Below are positions 29,401 to 37,690 of a stretch of 46,651 bases of DNA, in pieces. A model generated the notes under the pieces. It searched no databases. It was not told the origin of the DNA and was given only the letters and a program-made list of their open reading frames with translations. Source of the DNA: Eubacteriales bacterium (GTDB lineage Bacteria; Bacillota; Clostridia; Oscillospirales; CAG-272); assembly GCA_045658315.1 (NCBI GenBank), contig JAZOUV010000079.1:1-46651 (forward strand), given 5' to 3'. Every line of letters starts with the position of its first letter. The first letter of the stretch is position 1. The translations under genes and the position numbers were made by a program.

Positions 29401-30029
29401 AATACACGACGGAAACCGAACCTATTGCTCCTTCTATGTATGTAAAGCCTAAATTTGTGCTTCCTGAAAAAGAAAGGGCGACCGGTGCGGAGAGAGGAAC
29501 GGCTACACACGTCTTTATGCAGTTTTGTGATATTGATAATGTTTGTAAAAACGGAGTTGAAGCCGAACTGTTGAGACTCACAGAAAAAGGATTCATAGAC
29601 AAACGCAATGCAGAGCTTGTAAATATAGAGAAAGTAAGTGAATTTTTTAAAGGTGATTTATTCCGTTCTCTTTTAGGGGCAAAAAAAGTATGGCGTGAAA
29701 GAAGGTTTAACATAAAACTTCCTGCGTCAGCTTTTACGGAAGACGGTGTTTTAAAAGAAAAGTACGCAGATGAGTGCGTACTTGTTCAAGGTGTAATTGA
29801 CCTTCTGTATATTGATGAGAATGATAAACTTGTTCTTGCCGATTACAAAACAGATTGGTTTTCGGAAAAAGACATCGAATCGGGGTATGCCGAAAAAACA
29901 CTTATCGAAAGATATAAAACACAGCTTTCATATTATGCCGAAGCCTGCAAAAAACTATTTGGCAGAAGCGTTGATAAAACAGTCATTTATTCGTTTGCAC
30001 TGAGCAAAAGTGTAGAAATCGGTAAGTAG
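26475..30029 (+). CDS. addA: ATP-dependent helicase/nuclease subunit A
   Basis: VSAAAGSGKT, TFTKAAA, DEYQD, VGDIKQSIYGFR, SKGLEF, LYVALTRAK, QGVIDL...DYKTD. Confidence 0.96.
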   Translation: MMSSKFELTPAQRKAVELRGHTMLVSAAAGSGKTAVLTKRIINLVTDSESPVDVSELLVVTFTKAAATELKERISSAVFSALKEDPSNKHLSNQLLNLGKAKICTIHSFCADLVKTHFQNLELPATLRIADESEAALICNNIMNELIDSCYGGLYSETITDFADFTENFLQAKKDDSLPVVFSSVYNYLRNFPLGLELLNECATELEIGSSLNPLQTKWGCKIREYLKRTFVYYFEQLESACNYFQTDERFAKAYLPAFEEDRRVCYKIISSVEETGYTELAECFFGNIKTKLGSVKTEYQTAQSDHYRAMRAEFWDKMNRASASYFAFSESVVKSHFARTAEVCKNMYAFLSAFDGMYKEEKKSRGLLDYNDLEVFALRLLYDDKACTIPSELAKSIKEKYKYIFIDEYQDVNELQDKIFSGLSTPTNRFMVGDIKQSIYGFRGSEPGLFSGYRTVFPEISSQKNECPDSDGVTLYLSNNFRSDRTVIDFSNAVFEVLFKNNSGKAPYTEGDRLVCSKVYEDGEQDYKVRLCFMEDNDDVKGVVREAEFVASEIEKMVKQGTDPSDIALLFRSRNNTIYFEEALKKRKIASFNQVDRDFFENDAVLLMLCLLNAVDNPSRDIYLAGVLKSPIFGFSLSELTSIRRYEPKGTLFNALQKFYNDTSDEKCCHFLLKLKQWRKYAEGCPVDKLVRYIYNDTHIVELLSGKKNKDSDIERQANLLLLYEYARQFENGSFKGLYNFILFLNDVLEKKTKLSNARLTGEGKGVINIMSVHNSKGLEFDTVFFCDTAHQFNRSDERNSYIMHKDFGLTLRLRDETSFGKFNTLPRSAAEIAVHEDALDEEMRVLYVALTRAKKRLIITSALKKAKEVIECIASAERHISRHILLEAKNMSELILWGILKSDYSDYELEFISPDIDDEVVLDEEIAKACDEARIKEIEDKIEERLSFKYPYAELTVLPSKLAVSKLYPGVLDEYTTETEPIAPSMYVKPKFVLPEKERATGAERGTATHVFMQFCDIDNVCKNGVEAELLRLTEKGFIDKRNAELVNIEKVSEFFKGDLFRSLLGAKKVWRERRFNIKLPASAFTEDGVLKEKYADECVLVQGVIDLLYIDENDKLVLADYKTDWFSEKDIESGYAEKTLIERYKTQLSYYAEACKKLFGRSVDKTVIYSFALSKSVEIGK

Positions 30030-30042
30030 TCAATTTTAAATA

Positions 30043-30090
30043 AAAAAGCATCTTTTCTCTATTAACGCAAAAGAAGAAAAGGTGCTTTTT
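30043..30090. terminator. Probable bidirectional terminator between addA and folA
   Basis: AAAAAGCATCTTTTCT/AGAAAAGGTGCTTTTT stem with A and T tracts. Confidence 0.7.
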
Positions 30091-30153
30091 CTACTTCAAT
30101 CCAACCTGCCGACAGGAATAGGACAGAAAAATATTTAATAAATTACTTTTTTG

Positions 30154-30666
30154 TTAAATCCTTTTATATTCCGTAAAATAAAATTCTAAGTTTGCTTCGG
30201 TGTCTTTTTCGGGATCGCTTATTTGTTTTTCGCCCGTCCAAACTAATTTCCAGTTATTATCTTCGTCAAGGTCAGGGAAGTATACATCTTTTTTAAACGA
30301 CTTATCAAACTTTGTAACGTAGGCTGTGTCGCAATAGGGAAGCATCTGTTTATAGACACTTGCTCCACCGATAACATAAACATCGTCTGTGTTGTATTTC
30401 TTTATTTCTTCAAGCAGGTGCTCGATAGAATGAACAACCGTGGTATCCTCGGGGTGATATTCTTCCGATGGGTGAAGAACTATATTAGTTCTGTTCTTTA
30501 GAGCTTTTCCGCCCGGGAAAGTTGCTAAGGTATTTGACCCTAAAATAACAATCTTACCCGAAGTCAAATCTCTGAAATTCATAAGGTCTGCTCTGACTCG
30601 GGCGAGAAGATCGCCTTTATACCCGATACCCCAATCTTTATCTACAGCAACTATAAGTTTCATCAT
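30154..30666 (-). CDS. folA: Dihydrofolate reductase
   Basis: IVAVDKDWGIGYKGDL, DLMNFRDLT, LKNRTNIVL, VIGGASVY, DVYFP. Confidence 0.93.
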   Translation of the reverse strand: MMKLIVAVDKDWGIGYKGDLLARVRADLMNFRDLTSGKIVILGSNTLATFPGGKALKNRTNIVLHPSEEYHPEDTTVVHSIEHLLEEIKKYNTDDVYVIGGASVYKQMLPYCDTAYVTKFDKSFKKDVYFPDLDEDNNWKLVWTGEKQISDPEKDTEANLEFYFTEYKRI

Positions 30667-30691
30667 TTAATCTTCCTTTCAAATATCAGCC

Positions 30692-31522
30692 TTATACGGC
30701 AACAGGGAACTTTCCTACTTTTTCTCCGTGAACATAGTTGTCAACGGTGAAGCTCTCGGGAGTAAAGTCGTAGAAGTTGGTTATTGATTTATCAAGTATA
30801 ACTTGAGGGGCTGGGTGTACATCACGCTTAATAAGCTCTTCAACAATCGGTATATGTCTGTCGTAAATATGAGCATCTGCAATAACATGAACGAGTTCGC
30901 CGGGCTCAAATCCCGAAACCTGTGCAAACATCATAACTAAAGCTGCATACTGAGCAACATTCCAAGCGTTTGCCGCAAGCATATCCTGGGAACGCTGATT
31001 GAGAATGGCACACAGCTTACCGTCAACGACATTAAACGTCATACTGTAGGCACAGGGATAAAGAGCCATTTCGTGCAGGTCTGCAAAATTGTAGAGGTTA
31101 GTCATAATTCTGCGGCTGCAGGGATTATTCTTCAGGTCAAAAAGAACTCTGTCGACCATATCGAATTCTCCCTCACGGTATTTATGTTTAACCCCCATCT
31201 GATAACCGTATGCCTTTCCAATTGAGCCGTTTTTGTCAGCCCAGCTGTCCCAGATGTGAGAGTTAAGGTCATTTATATTGTTTGACTTCTTTTGCCATAT
31301 CCAAAGGATTTCATCAACAGCAGATTTCAAAGAAATGGGGCGAATCGTTATAAGAGGGAATTCTTTTGAAAGATCGTATCTGTTTACAACGCCGAATTTC
31401 TTTATTGTATATGCAGGTTCGCCATCTTCCCAATGTGGTCTCACCTTTTCGTCTTTTACCCAGGAGCCGTTTTCAAGTATATCCTTGCAGGTGTTAATAA
31501 AAGCTATATCTGCTGAACTCAT
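30692..31522 (-). CDS. thyA: Thymidylate synthase
   Basis: IGKAYGYQ, SRRIM, ALYPCAY (catalytic Cys), NQRSQD, HIYDRH; ATG 31522 follows AAGGAG. Confidence 0.96.
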   Translation of the reverse strand: MSSADIAFINTCKDILENGSWVKDEKVRPHWEDGEPAYTIKKFGVVNRYDLSKEFPLITIRPISLKSAVDEILWIWQKKSNNINDLNSHIWDSWADKNGSIGKAYGYQMGVKHKYREGEFDMVDRVLFDLKNNPCSRRIMTNLYNFADLHEMALYPCAYSMTFNVVDGKLCAILNQRSQDMLAANAWNVAQYAALVMMFAQVSGFEPGELVHVIADAHIYDRHIPIVEELIKRDVHPAPQVILDKSITNFYDFTPESFTVDNYVHGEKVGKFPVAV

Positions 31523-31538
31523 TTGTATAATCTCCTTT

Positions 31539-32315
31539 TTATTCGGCAGCAATGTCGCCGATAGAATTGAGTATAAGTCTCGGTCTGTAGGGGTACTGAT
31601 TAATGTTGGAGAGGTCTGTAACTCCGGTAAGAACGAGTATGGGGTCAAGACCGCTTTCGATTCCGGCAATAATGTCCGTATCCATTCTGTCGCCTATCAT
31701 AGCTGTATCTTCCGAATGTACACCGAGTATGCGAAGTCCCGTTCTCATCATAAGAGGATTAGGTTTTCCTACATAATAAGCCTGTTTGCCGGTTGTTCTT
31801 TCTATTGGGGCAACGAGAGCTCGGCAAGCGGGAATAGGACCGGTTTCAGATGGACCTGTCAAGTCGGTGTTCGTTCCTATAAGCTTTGCTCCGTTGTTTA
31901 CAAGACGCATAGCTCTTGTTATGTTTTCGTAATTATACTGTGCTGTTTCACCTATGATAACATAGTCGGGATCAATATCATTCATCGTTATGCCTGCATC
32001 GTGAAGGGCGTTGTAAAGACCTGCATCACCGATAACAAAAGCAGAACAGCCTTTTTTTTGGAGTTGTAAAAATTTTGCTGTAGCAAGAGCACTTGTGTAA
32101 AAGTGTGATGCATCAACGTCAAGTCCCATTCGCAGAAGCTTTTGTCTCAGTTCTTCGGGGGTTCTGTTGCTTGCGTTGGTCAAAAACAAGAATCTCTTAT
32201 CGTTGTCAACAAGCCATTTTACAAATTCTTTTGCACCGGGGAGCAGGTAGTTACCATGATAGATAACACCGTCCATATCGCATATAAATCCCTTTTTTTG
32301 TCTTAAACTTTCCAT
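31539..32315 (-). CDS. HAD-IIA hydrolase (NagD-like nucleotidase)
   Basis: DMDGVIY, LTN, GKPNP, IGDRMDTDI, VLTGVT. Confidence 0.92.
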   Translation of the reverse strand: MESLRQKKGFICDMDGVIYHGNYLLPGAKEFVKWLVDNDKRFLFLTNASNRTPEELRQKLLRMGLDVDASHFYTSALATAKFLQLQKKGCSAFVIGDAGLYNALHDAGITMNDIDPDYVIIGETAQYNYENITRAMRLVNNGAKLIGTNTDLTGPSETGPIPACRALVAPIERTTGKQAYYVGKPNPLMMRTGLRILGVHSEDTAMIGDRMDTDIIAGIESGLDPILVLTGVTDLSNINQYPYRPRLILNSIGDIAAE

Positions 32316-32366
32316 TATGTACTCTTTCTTTCAATTAAAAATAATTTTTTGTTTACATTTTTTTAC

Positions 32367-32395
32367 ATTATATCATATTCTGCTTATTCTTTCAA
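32367..32395 (-). promoter_or_regulatory. Sigma-A-type promoter for HAD-thyA-folA
   Basis: Minus strand TTGAAA, 17 bp, TATAAT with extended -10 TG. Confidence 0.65.
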
Positions 32396-32403
32396 TAGTT
32401 TTT

Positions 32404-33720
32404 TTAATTCCATTGAATATCTTTTAGGATAGGTGTAAAATTATCCCTTTCGGTTTTTGTTTCTTCGACATCAGCACCTGTTAGCGGCTCGTAATAATAT
32501 TGATAGCAAAAGACCGAAACACCCGAGCATTTATCTATATTCTCGGTGTATTCAAGACACCTCTTCATAACATCGGAATTTTCTTCCCATTCACCCTTGC
32601 CGTTTCCTGCCCATTTATCTGTTTTAGATAAAGCTTTTCCGAAGGTCATACCGATTATGAGTTTTATATCTTCATTTTTTATTATACTTGCCCACTTTTC
32701 TGAAGTTTTGTCAAAAGGGCAGGTCTGATGTTCAAGTCCGAAATAAATTTGCGGGCTGATATAGTCTATATAGCCTTTTTCGCTGCACCAGGTATATACG
32801 TCAGCGTATGCTTTATCGGTTGCATTTGACATGTTGCCTTCGGGACTTATACCGTAGAGTAATTGGTCGCTTTTTTCTTTAACAGCAGAGTATATGCCCG
32901 AAACAAGCTTGTTTAGATTGTCATATCTATATTGTTTTAAACTTAAAGTACCGCCTTTTGACTTGTATTCCGTGTATGAAGCTAAATCAAAGTTCTCCGA
33001 TGTAGTGGGGTAAAAATAATCGTCCATATGTACGCCGTCAAAATTATAGTTTTCTACTATTTCTTTTACCCCGTCAATTATAAGCTGTCTTGTTTCCGTG
33101 TATGCGGGATTCAAGTAATACCTTCCGCTAAATTCAACCAAAAAAGTTCCGTATTTTTCTTTATACCATTTTTTTATTAAAAAGTTCTCGCGTACAGATT
33201 GTATTTCTTCGCTCGTCATCGCTCTGAGAGGATTTATCCAGGCGTGAATGGAAAGCCCTAACTTGTGTGCTTCATCAAGTATTACGGGCAACGGGTCATA
33301 GAGAAAATCATTTTTATAATCACCCGTAACGTATTTTGATGACGGATAGTATTGTGAGGGGTAAAAACTGTCCGCGTTGGGGCGAATCTGTAAAAATACG
33401 GTATTGAATCCATTTGATTTAACATTTGTCAGAACTGCTTTTATTTTAGCTTGAAAATCATCTTTTTGACGTTGTACGCCTTGATCTGTATATATATTTT
33501 GTAAATCAAACTGGGACAGCCACATGGCTTTTATGTTTTCGTAATTAATAACTTCAATTTCAGGTATAGGCTCCATTTCCTTATCTTCCATCTCTTCCGG
33601 TGCCGGATTGTTTGGAGATGATTCATGTTCAGCCTTGTCCTTTTGTGTGTTTTTGTTTTCACAGGATATAAAGAATAATAAAATTATTGCCGATAAAATA
33701 CAGATTAATATTTTTTTCAA
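32404..33720 (-). CDS. GHL10/DUF187 (YddW-like) glycoside hydrolase lipoprotein
   Basis: Lipobox FIS-C; NTVFLQIRP..DSFYPS, HAWINPLR, DGVHMDDYFYP, DYISPQIY. Confidence 0.85.
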   Translation of the reverse strand: MKKILICILSAIILLFFISCENKNTQKDKAEHESSPNNPAPEEMEDKEMEPIPEIEVINYENIKAMWLSQFDLQNIYTDQGVQRQKDDFQAKIKAVLTNVKSNGFNTVFLQIRPNADSFYPSQYYPSSKYVTGDYKNDFLYDPLPVILDEAHKLGLSIHAWINPLRAMTSEEIQSVRENFLIKKWYKEKYGTFLVEFSGRYYLNPAYTETRQLIIDGVKEIVENYNFDGVHMDDYFYPTTSENFDLASYTEYKSKGGTLSLKQYRYDNLNKLVSGIYSAVKEKSDQLLYGISPEGNMSNATDKAYADVYTWCSEKGYIDYISPQIYFGLEHQTCPFDKTSEKWASIIKNEDIKLIIGMTFGKALSKTDKWAGNGKGEWEENSDVMKRCLEYTENIDKCSGVSVFCYQYYYEPLTGADVEETKTERDNFTPILKDIQWN

Positions 33721-34271
33721 GATATCACCTCTTTGTGATTGTATATTACATTTGACTTATTTTTATCAAGTATATGCTTTTTTAAAGAATAAAAATAGCT
33801 CATACTTATACAAAAGGTTTGCTTGTCAATCATTTTTACACACTCGGTAAGCTGAGTAAACGGGCTTGTTATTACAAATATGTGTATGTCTGAAGTGGCA
33901 CAAATATCTGTAATTTCATTTTCGTTTTCTTTAAATATTATGCAGACCTTGTTTTTTTTAATAAGGCTTGAAAAATATTTATTATTTTTTTTGTGCATAA
34001 CCATGGTGTAGATACAGAATCCTAAGACTGATACCAATACCAAAGGGAGAAGAATAAATATCGCAGTGGATATTAGCAAGAAATATGCTCCCGTCTGTAT
34101 CCAAATAAATATTATCCGTATATATCGGAAAATTTTTCCCACAAGAATATATTTTCGCAAAAATTTGTAGACACTTTTTATTTTGTGGACAGCAGTGGTG
34201 TTTTTGGCATTTGCATAAAGATAAGCGATATAATTTTTGTATTTAAGCGGATCGTTTGTTGTTCTATTCAT
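33717..34271 (-). CDS. Hypothetical basic membrane protein
   Basis: 184-aa ORF overlapping both neighbours by 4 nt; long hydrophobic stretch near aa 52-90. Confidence 0.7.
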   Translation of the reverse strand: MNRTTNDPLKYKNYIAYLYANAKNTTAVHKIKSVYKFLRKYILVGKIFRYIRIIFIWIQTGAYFLLISTAIFILLPLVLVSVLGFCIYTMVMHKKNNKYFSSLIKKNKVCIIFKENENEITDICATSDIHIFVITSPFTQLTECVKMIDKQTFCISMSYFYSLKKHILDKNKSNVIYNHKEVIS

Positions 34272-35038
34272 ATAAAGTAGTTTTTGTCAAAAAACTCTTT
34301 ATATACATTCTTGTTACCTGCGTAGATCTCAGAGCATTTATGCAAAGGCGGTTTGTTGCCGTCTCGGTTTGTTATAATGCCGCCTGCTTCTTCTATGATT
34401 ATTATGCCTGCCGCATAATCCCACGGAAAAAGGCTGAGTTCAAAAAACATATCGTGTCTTCCGCATGCGGTATAACACAGATCCAATGCCGCCGAGCCCG
34501 TTCTGCGAATATCCTCGCAATCGGGCATGATTCTTGTCAGCATTGCCATTGTTTTGTCGATAAGGTCGGGATAATATAATGAAGTTCCAAAGCCGACAAA
34601 GGAGTCTTTCAGGCAAGTATCTGAAACGGTGATAGGTTTGCCGTTCAGAAATGCACCTTTGCCTTTTTCGGCGTAAAACATTTCGTCTTGATAGGGATTT
34701 ATAACTATACCGCATATTATTTCTCCGTCCTTTGCGAGAGCAAGAGATATGGCACTGTGCTTGTAAGTACGCCTAAAATTAGCTGTCCCGTCGATTGGAT
34801 CGCATATAAAACAATATCCATTGTATGGGTCGCATTTATCTTCGCCCTCTTCTTCTCCCAGAAATCTTATGTCGGGGTAGAGTTTTTTCATCTCGTCTTG
34901 GATATAATGCTGTACCTTTGTGTCAAAGACAGTAACAAAGTTTCGGTCTCCCTTTTTTTCGGTATAATCTGTTATATTGTGTGCATTAAGCATTATTTGA
35001 GCGGCTTCTTTTACAACCTTTATCATTATTTCTAACAT
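34268..35038 (-). CDS. suhB: Inositol monophosphatase family protein
   Basis: NFVT..D, GEE, CDPIDGTANF, RRTGSAALDLC, PWDYAAG; start moved to ATG 35038. Confidence 0.9.
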   Translation of the reverse strand: MLEIMIKVVKEAAQIMLNAHNITDYTEKKGDRNFVTVFDTKVQHYIQDEMKKLYPDIRFLGEEEGEDKCDPYNGYCFICDPIDGTANFRRTYKHSAISLALAKDGEIICGIVINPYQDEMFYAEKGKGAFLNGKPITVSDTCLKDSFVGFGTSLYYPDLIDKTMAMLTRIMPDCEDIRRTGSAALDLCYTACGRHDMFFELSLFPWDYAAGIIIIEEAGGIITNRDGNKPPLHKCSEIYAGNKNVYKEFFDKNYFI

Positions 35039-35107
35039 AATTTTATCCCTTCCGATAAATAAGCTATATTCATTATACCATAAGTGTTCTTGAAAACAAG
35101 TGGGGTC

Positions 35108-35136
35108 TTGACAAAATATCGAAAAAATAATATAAT
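35108..35136 (+). promoter_or_regulatory. Consensus sigma-A promoter for the topoisomerase B gene
   Basis: TTGACA (35108-35113), 17 bp, TATAAT (35131-35136). Confidence 0.8.
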
Positions 35137-35190
35137 ATTTCAATAGAATTATTGGAAATTCGCTCATTCGATGGGTTTTGGAGGTTATAA

Positions 35191-37179
35191 ATGGCAGAAA
35201 AAAAGGTTATTTATGATGACAACAGTATATCAAGTCTGAAGGGGGCTGACAGAGTCAGGTTAAAGCCTGCTGTAATTTTCGGTTCGGATGGGCTTGAAGG
35301 CTGTGAGCACTCTGTATTTGAAATATTATCCAACTCTGTCGATGAAGCACGAGAGGGATACGGTGATAAGATTATTATTACTGTTTTTGCCGACCATTCG
35401 ATAGAGATTGAGGACTTCGGACGCGGAGTTCCGTTGGGCTATAACGAAAAGGAAAAGAGATATAACTGGGATCTGGTGTACAATGATTTGTATTCCGGCG
35501 GTAAATATCTTAACAATGCTGACGGTGCCTATAAATACTCTTTGGGAACAAACGGACTCGGTGCTTGTGCTACTCAGTATTCTTCCGAATATATGAAGGT
35601 TCGTTCTTTCAAGGGGAACGAAGTGTCTGAGATGAACTTTAAAAAGGGTAAGCCTCACGGAAAATTCACCGTTAGGGAAATGGAAAAGAAGGACAAAAAA
35701 CACGGTACTATCGTAAAGTGGAAGCCTGACCTTGATGTTTTTACCGATATAAATATTCCTCTTGATTTTTTTACCGAAATGTTGAAAAAACAGTCGGTTG
35801 TTAACGCAGGAATCAAATTTGAGCTTAAATTTGAAAACGAAAACGGTAAATTCGATGTTTATGAATTTTTGTATGAAAACGGTATTTCCGATTATGTTGT
35901 TGAGCTTGCCGGTGAAAATCCTCTGACTCAACCAATTCTTTGGAGCTATGAAGATAAGGGAAGGGACAGAGAAGATAAAGAAGATTATAATCTTAAAGCG
36001 GAAATTGCCTTTTGTGCTTCAAATACCAATAAAGCTATTGAATATTATCACAACTCCAGCTTTCTTGAACACGGCGGATCACCTGACAAGGCTGTCAAAA
36101 ATGCTTTTTTGTACGAGGTTGATAAGTTCTTAAAAAATTCGGGAAAATACCTAAAAAACGAAAGTAAAATCAGTTTTAACGATATTGAAGACTGTCTTGT
36201 TTTGGTTTCAAACAGCTTTTCAACACAGACTTCTTATGCTAACCAAACCAAAAAGGCTATTAATAACGCTTTTATTGCCGATAGTATGACAAGTTTCCTA
36301 AAACGAAATCTTGAGGTGTATTTTAAAGAAAAGCCCATTGAAGCCGAAAGATTTGCAAATCAGGTGCTTGTTAATAAAAGAAGCCGTGAAAATGCAGAGA
36401 AAACGAGACTTAACCTCAAAAAGAAGCTTACCGGTACTATGGATGTAGCAAACCGTGTCGAAAAGTACGTTGATTGCAGAACCAAGGACGGAACAAAGCG
36501 TGAGCTCTATATCGTTGAGGGTGACTCCGCTATGGGCTCTTGTAAGCTGGGAAGGAATGCCGAGTATCAGGCTATTATCCCTGTCAGAGGTAAAACGCTT
36601 AACTGTTTGAAGAGCACTTATGACAAGATATTTAAAAATGATATTATCATTGATCTTTTAAAGGTTATCGGATGCGGTGTCGAGATCAACACTAAGGTTA
36701 AGGGCGATATTGTTCCGTTTGATCTTGATTCATTAAACTGGTCGAAGATTATTATTTGTACCGATGCCGACGAGGACGGTTTTCAGATAAGAACACTTAT
36801 TCTTACCATGTTTTACAGGCTTTTGCCTACTCTTATTAAAGAGGGCAGGGTTTATATAGCGGAATCCCCTTTGTTTGAAATAACTTGTGGAGATGATATT
36901 TATTTCGCCTATAACGAGGTCGAAAAGCTCGAAATAATTAAAAATCTCGGCAAATCCAAATATACACTGCAAAGGTCAAAAGGGCTTGGTGAAAACCAGC
37001 CCGACATGATGTGGCAGACCACTATGAATCCCGCTACAAGAAGGTTGATCAAGGTTGAACCTGCCAATGCAGAGGAAACCGAAAGAATATTCGAGACACT
37101 TTTGGGCGATAATCTTGCCGAAAGAAAGCGTTTTATAACCATTCACGGAAATGAATACTTGGCTGAAGCTGATATTTAA
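35191..37179 (+). CDS. Type IIA DNA topoisomerase subunit B (GyrB/ParE family, divergent paralogue)
   Basis: GHKL motifs EILSNSVDE, DFGRGVP, GTNGLGA; TOPRIM EGDSA, PVRGK, DADEDG, RSKGLGE. Confidence 0.93.
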   Translation: MAEKKVIYDDNSISSLKGADRVRLKPAVIFGSDGLEGCEHSVFEILSNSVDEAREGYGDKIIITVFADHSIEIEDFGRGVPLGYNEKEKRYNWDLVYNDLYSGGKYLNNADGAYKYSLGTNGLGACATQYSSEYMKVRSFKGNEVSEMNFKKGKPHGKFTVREMEKKDKKHGTIVKWKPDLDVFTDINIPLDFFTEMLKKQSVVNAGIKFELKFENENGKFDVYEFLYENGISDYVVELAGENPLTQPILWSYEDKGRDREDKEDYNLKAEIAFCASNTNKAIEYYHNSSFLEHGGSPDKAVKNAFLYEVDKFLKNSGKYLKNESKISFNDIEDCLVLVSNSFSTQTSYANQTKKAINNAFIADSMTSFLKRNLEVYFKEKPIEAERFANQVLVNKRSRENAEKTRLNLKKKLTGTMDVANRVEKYVDCRTKDGTKRELYIVEGDSAMGSCKLGRNAEYQAIIPVRGKTLNCLKSTYDKIFKNDIIIDLLKVIGCGVEINTKVKGDIVPFDLDSLNWSKIIICTDADEDGFQIRTLILTMFYRLLPTLIKEGRVYIAESPLFEITCGDDIYFAYNEVEKLEIIKNLGKSKYTLQRSKGLGENQPDMMWQTTMNPATRRLIKVEPANAEETERIFETLLGDNLAERKRFITIHGNEYLAEADI

Positions 37180-37182
37180 TTG

Positions 37183-37211
37183 TTGACAGTAGAGCCAAAA
37201 AACGTTATAAT
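37183..37211 (+). promoter_or_regulatory. Consensus sigma-A promoter for the zinc-ribbon gene
   Basis: TTGACA (37183-37188), 17 bp, TATAAT (37206-37211). Confidence 0.8.
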
Positions 37212-37236
37212 ATTATTAGAAAATTTGTAAAGGAGT

Positions 37237-37629
37237 ATGACTATGGATTTTTGGGATGAAGTATATAAAAAAGTATCCGATGCGGCAAATTTCACCGCAA
37301 AAGAAACGGGTAGACTATCGGAACTCGCTAAGGTGAAATACTGCTTGATGCGTGAAAAAGCAAAACTGGAAGACGCGTACAAAGAGATGGGCGAACTCTA
37401 TTACAACCAAATGAAAAACGCAGAGTTCGATGACAAAAAGATTGCTTTAGCCTATGATAAGATTGAAAAATCTATCGTCGAAATTGAGAGACTTAATACC
37501 CAGGCTAATGTTATAAATGATACAAAGCTTTGCAAAAAATGCGGTGAAAAGCTATCCAAAGAAATGTTTTACTGCCCTAAGTGCGGCGAAGAGCTTGACG
37601 CTGAGCAGGAAGAAACAGCGGAAGAATAA
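37237..37629 (+). CDS. Coiled-coil protein with C-terminal zinc ribbon
   Basis: CKKCG...YCPKCG after a helical region; AAGGAG upstream (ATG 37243 may be the start). Confidence 0.85.
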   Translation: MTMDFWDEVYKKVSDAANFTAKETGRLSELAKVKYCLMREKAKLEDAYKEMGELYYNQMKNAEFDDKKIALAYDKIEKSIVEIERLNTQANVINDTKLCKKCGEKLSKEMFYCPKCGEELDAEQEETAEE

Positions 37630-37642
37630 TTTTTATTTACCG

Positions 37643-37677
37643 AAAAGGGGGCTTATATTTTAACAAGCCCTTTTTTT
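37643..37677 (+). terminator. Intrinsic terminator just upstream of the ABC-F gene
   Basis: GGGCTT...AAGCCC stem followed by T7. Confidence 0.7.
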
Positions 37678-37690
37678 ACGGAGATGACAA

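Noticed and set aside
23162-30029. Helicase-nuclease pair as a novel defence system
   Set aside because: Motifs, sizes, order and Fe-S ligands match housekeeping AddAB.
31523-31669. N-terminal extension of ThyA in the ORF track
   Set aside because: Overlaps the HAD gene; AAGGAG precedes ATG 31522, which gives a normal 276-aa ThyA.
31278-32069. 263-aa + strand ORF spanning thyA and the HAD gene
   Set aside because: Antisense to two conserved genes and no family features.
35039-35167. N-terminal extension of SuhB in the ORF track
   Set aside because: Runs through the divergent promoter region; ATG 35038 gives a typical length.
35326-35931. 201-aa antisense ORF in the topoisomerase gene, and other short nested ORFs in the track
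   Set aside because: Shadow or alternative-frame ORFs inside conserved genes without independent support.
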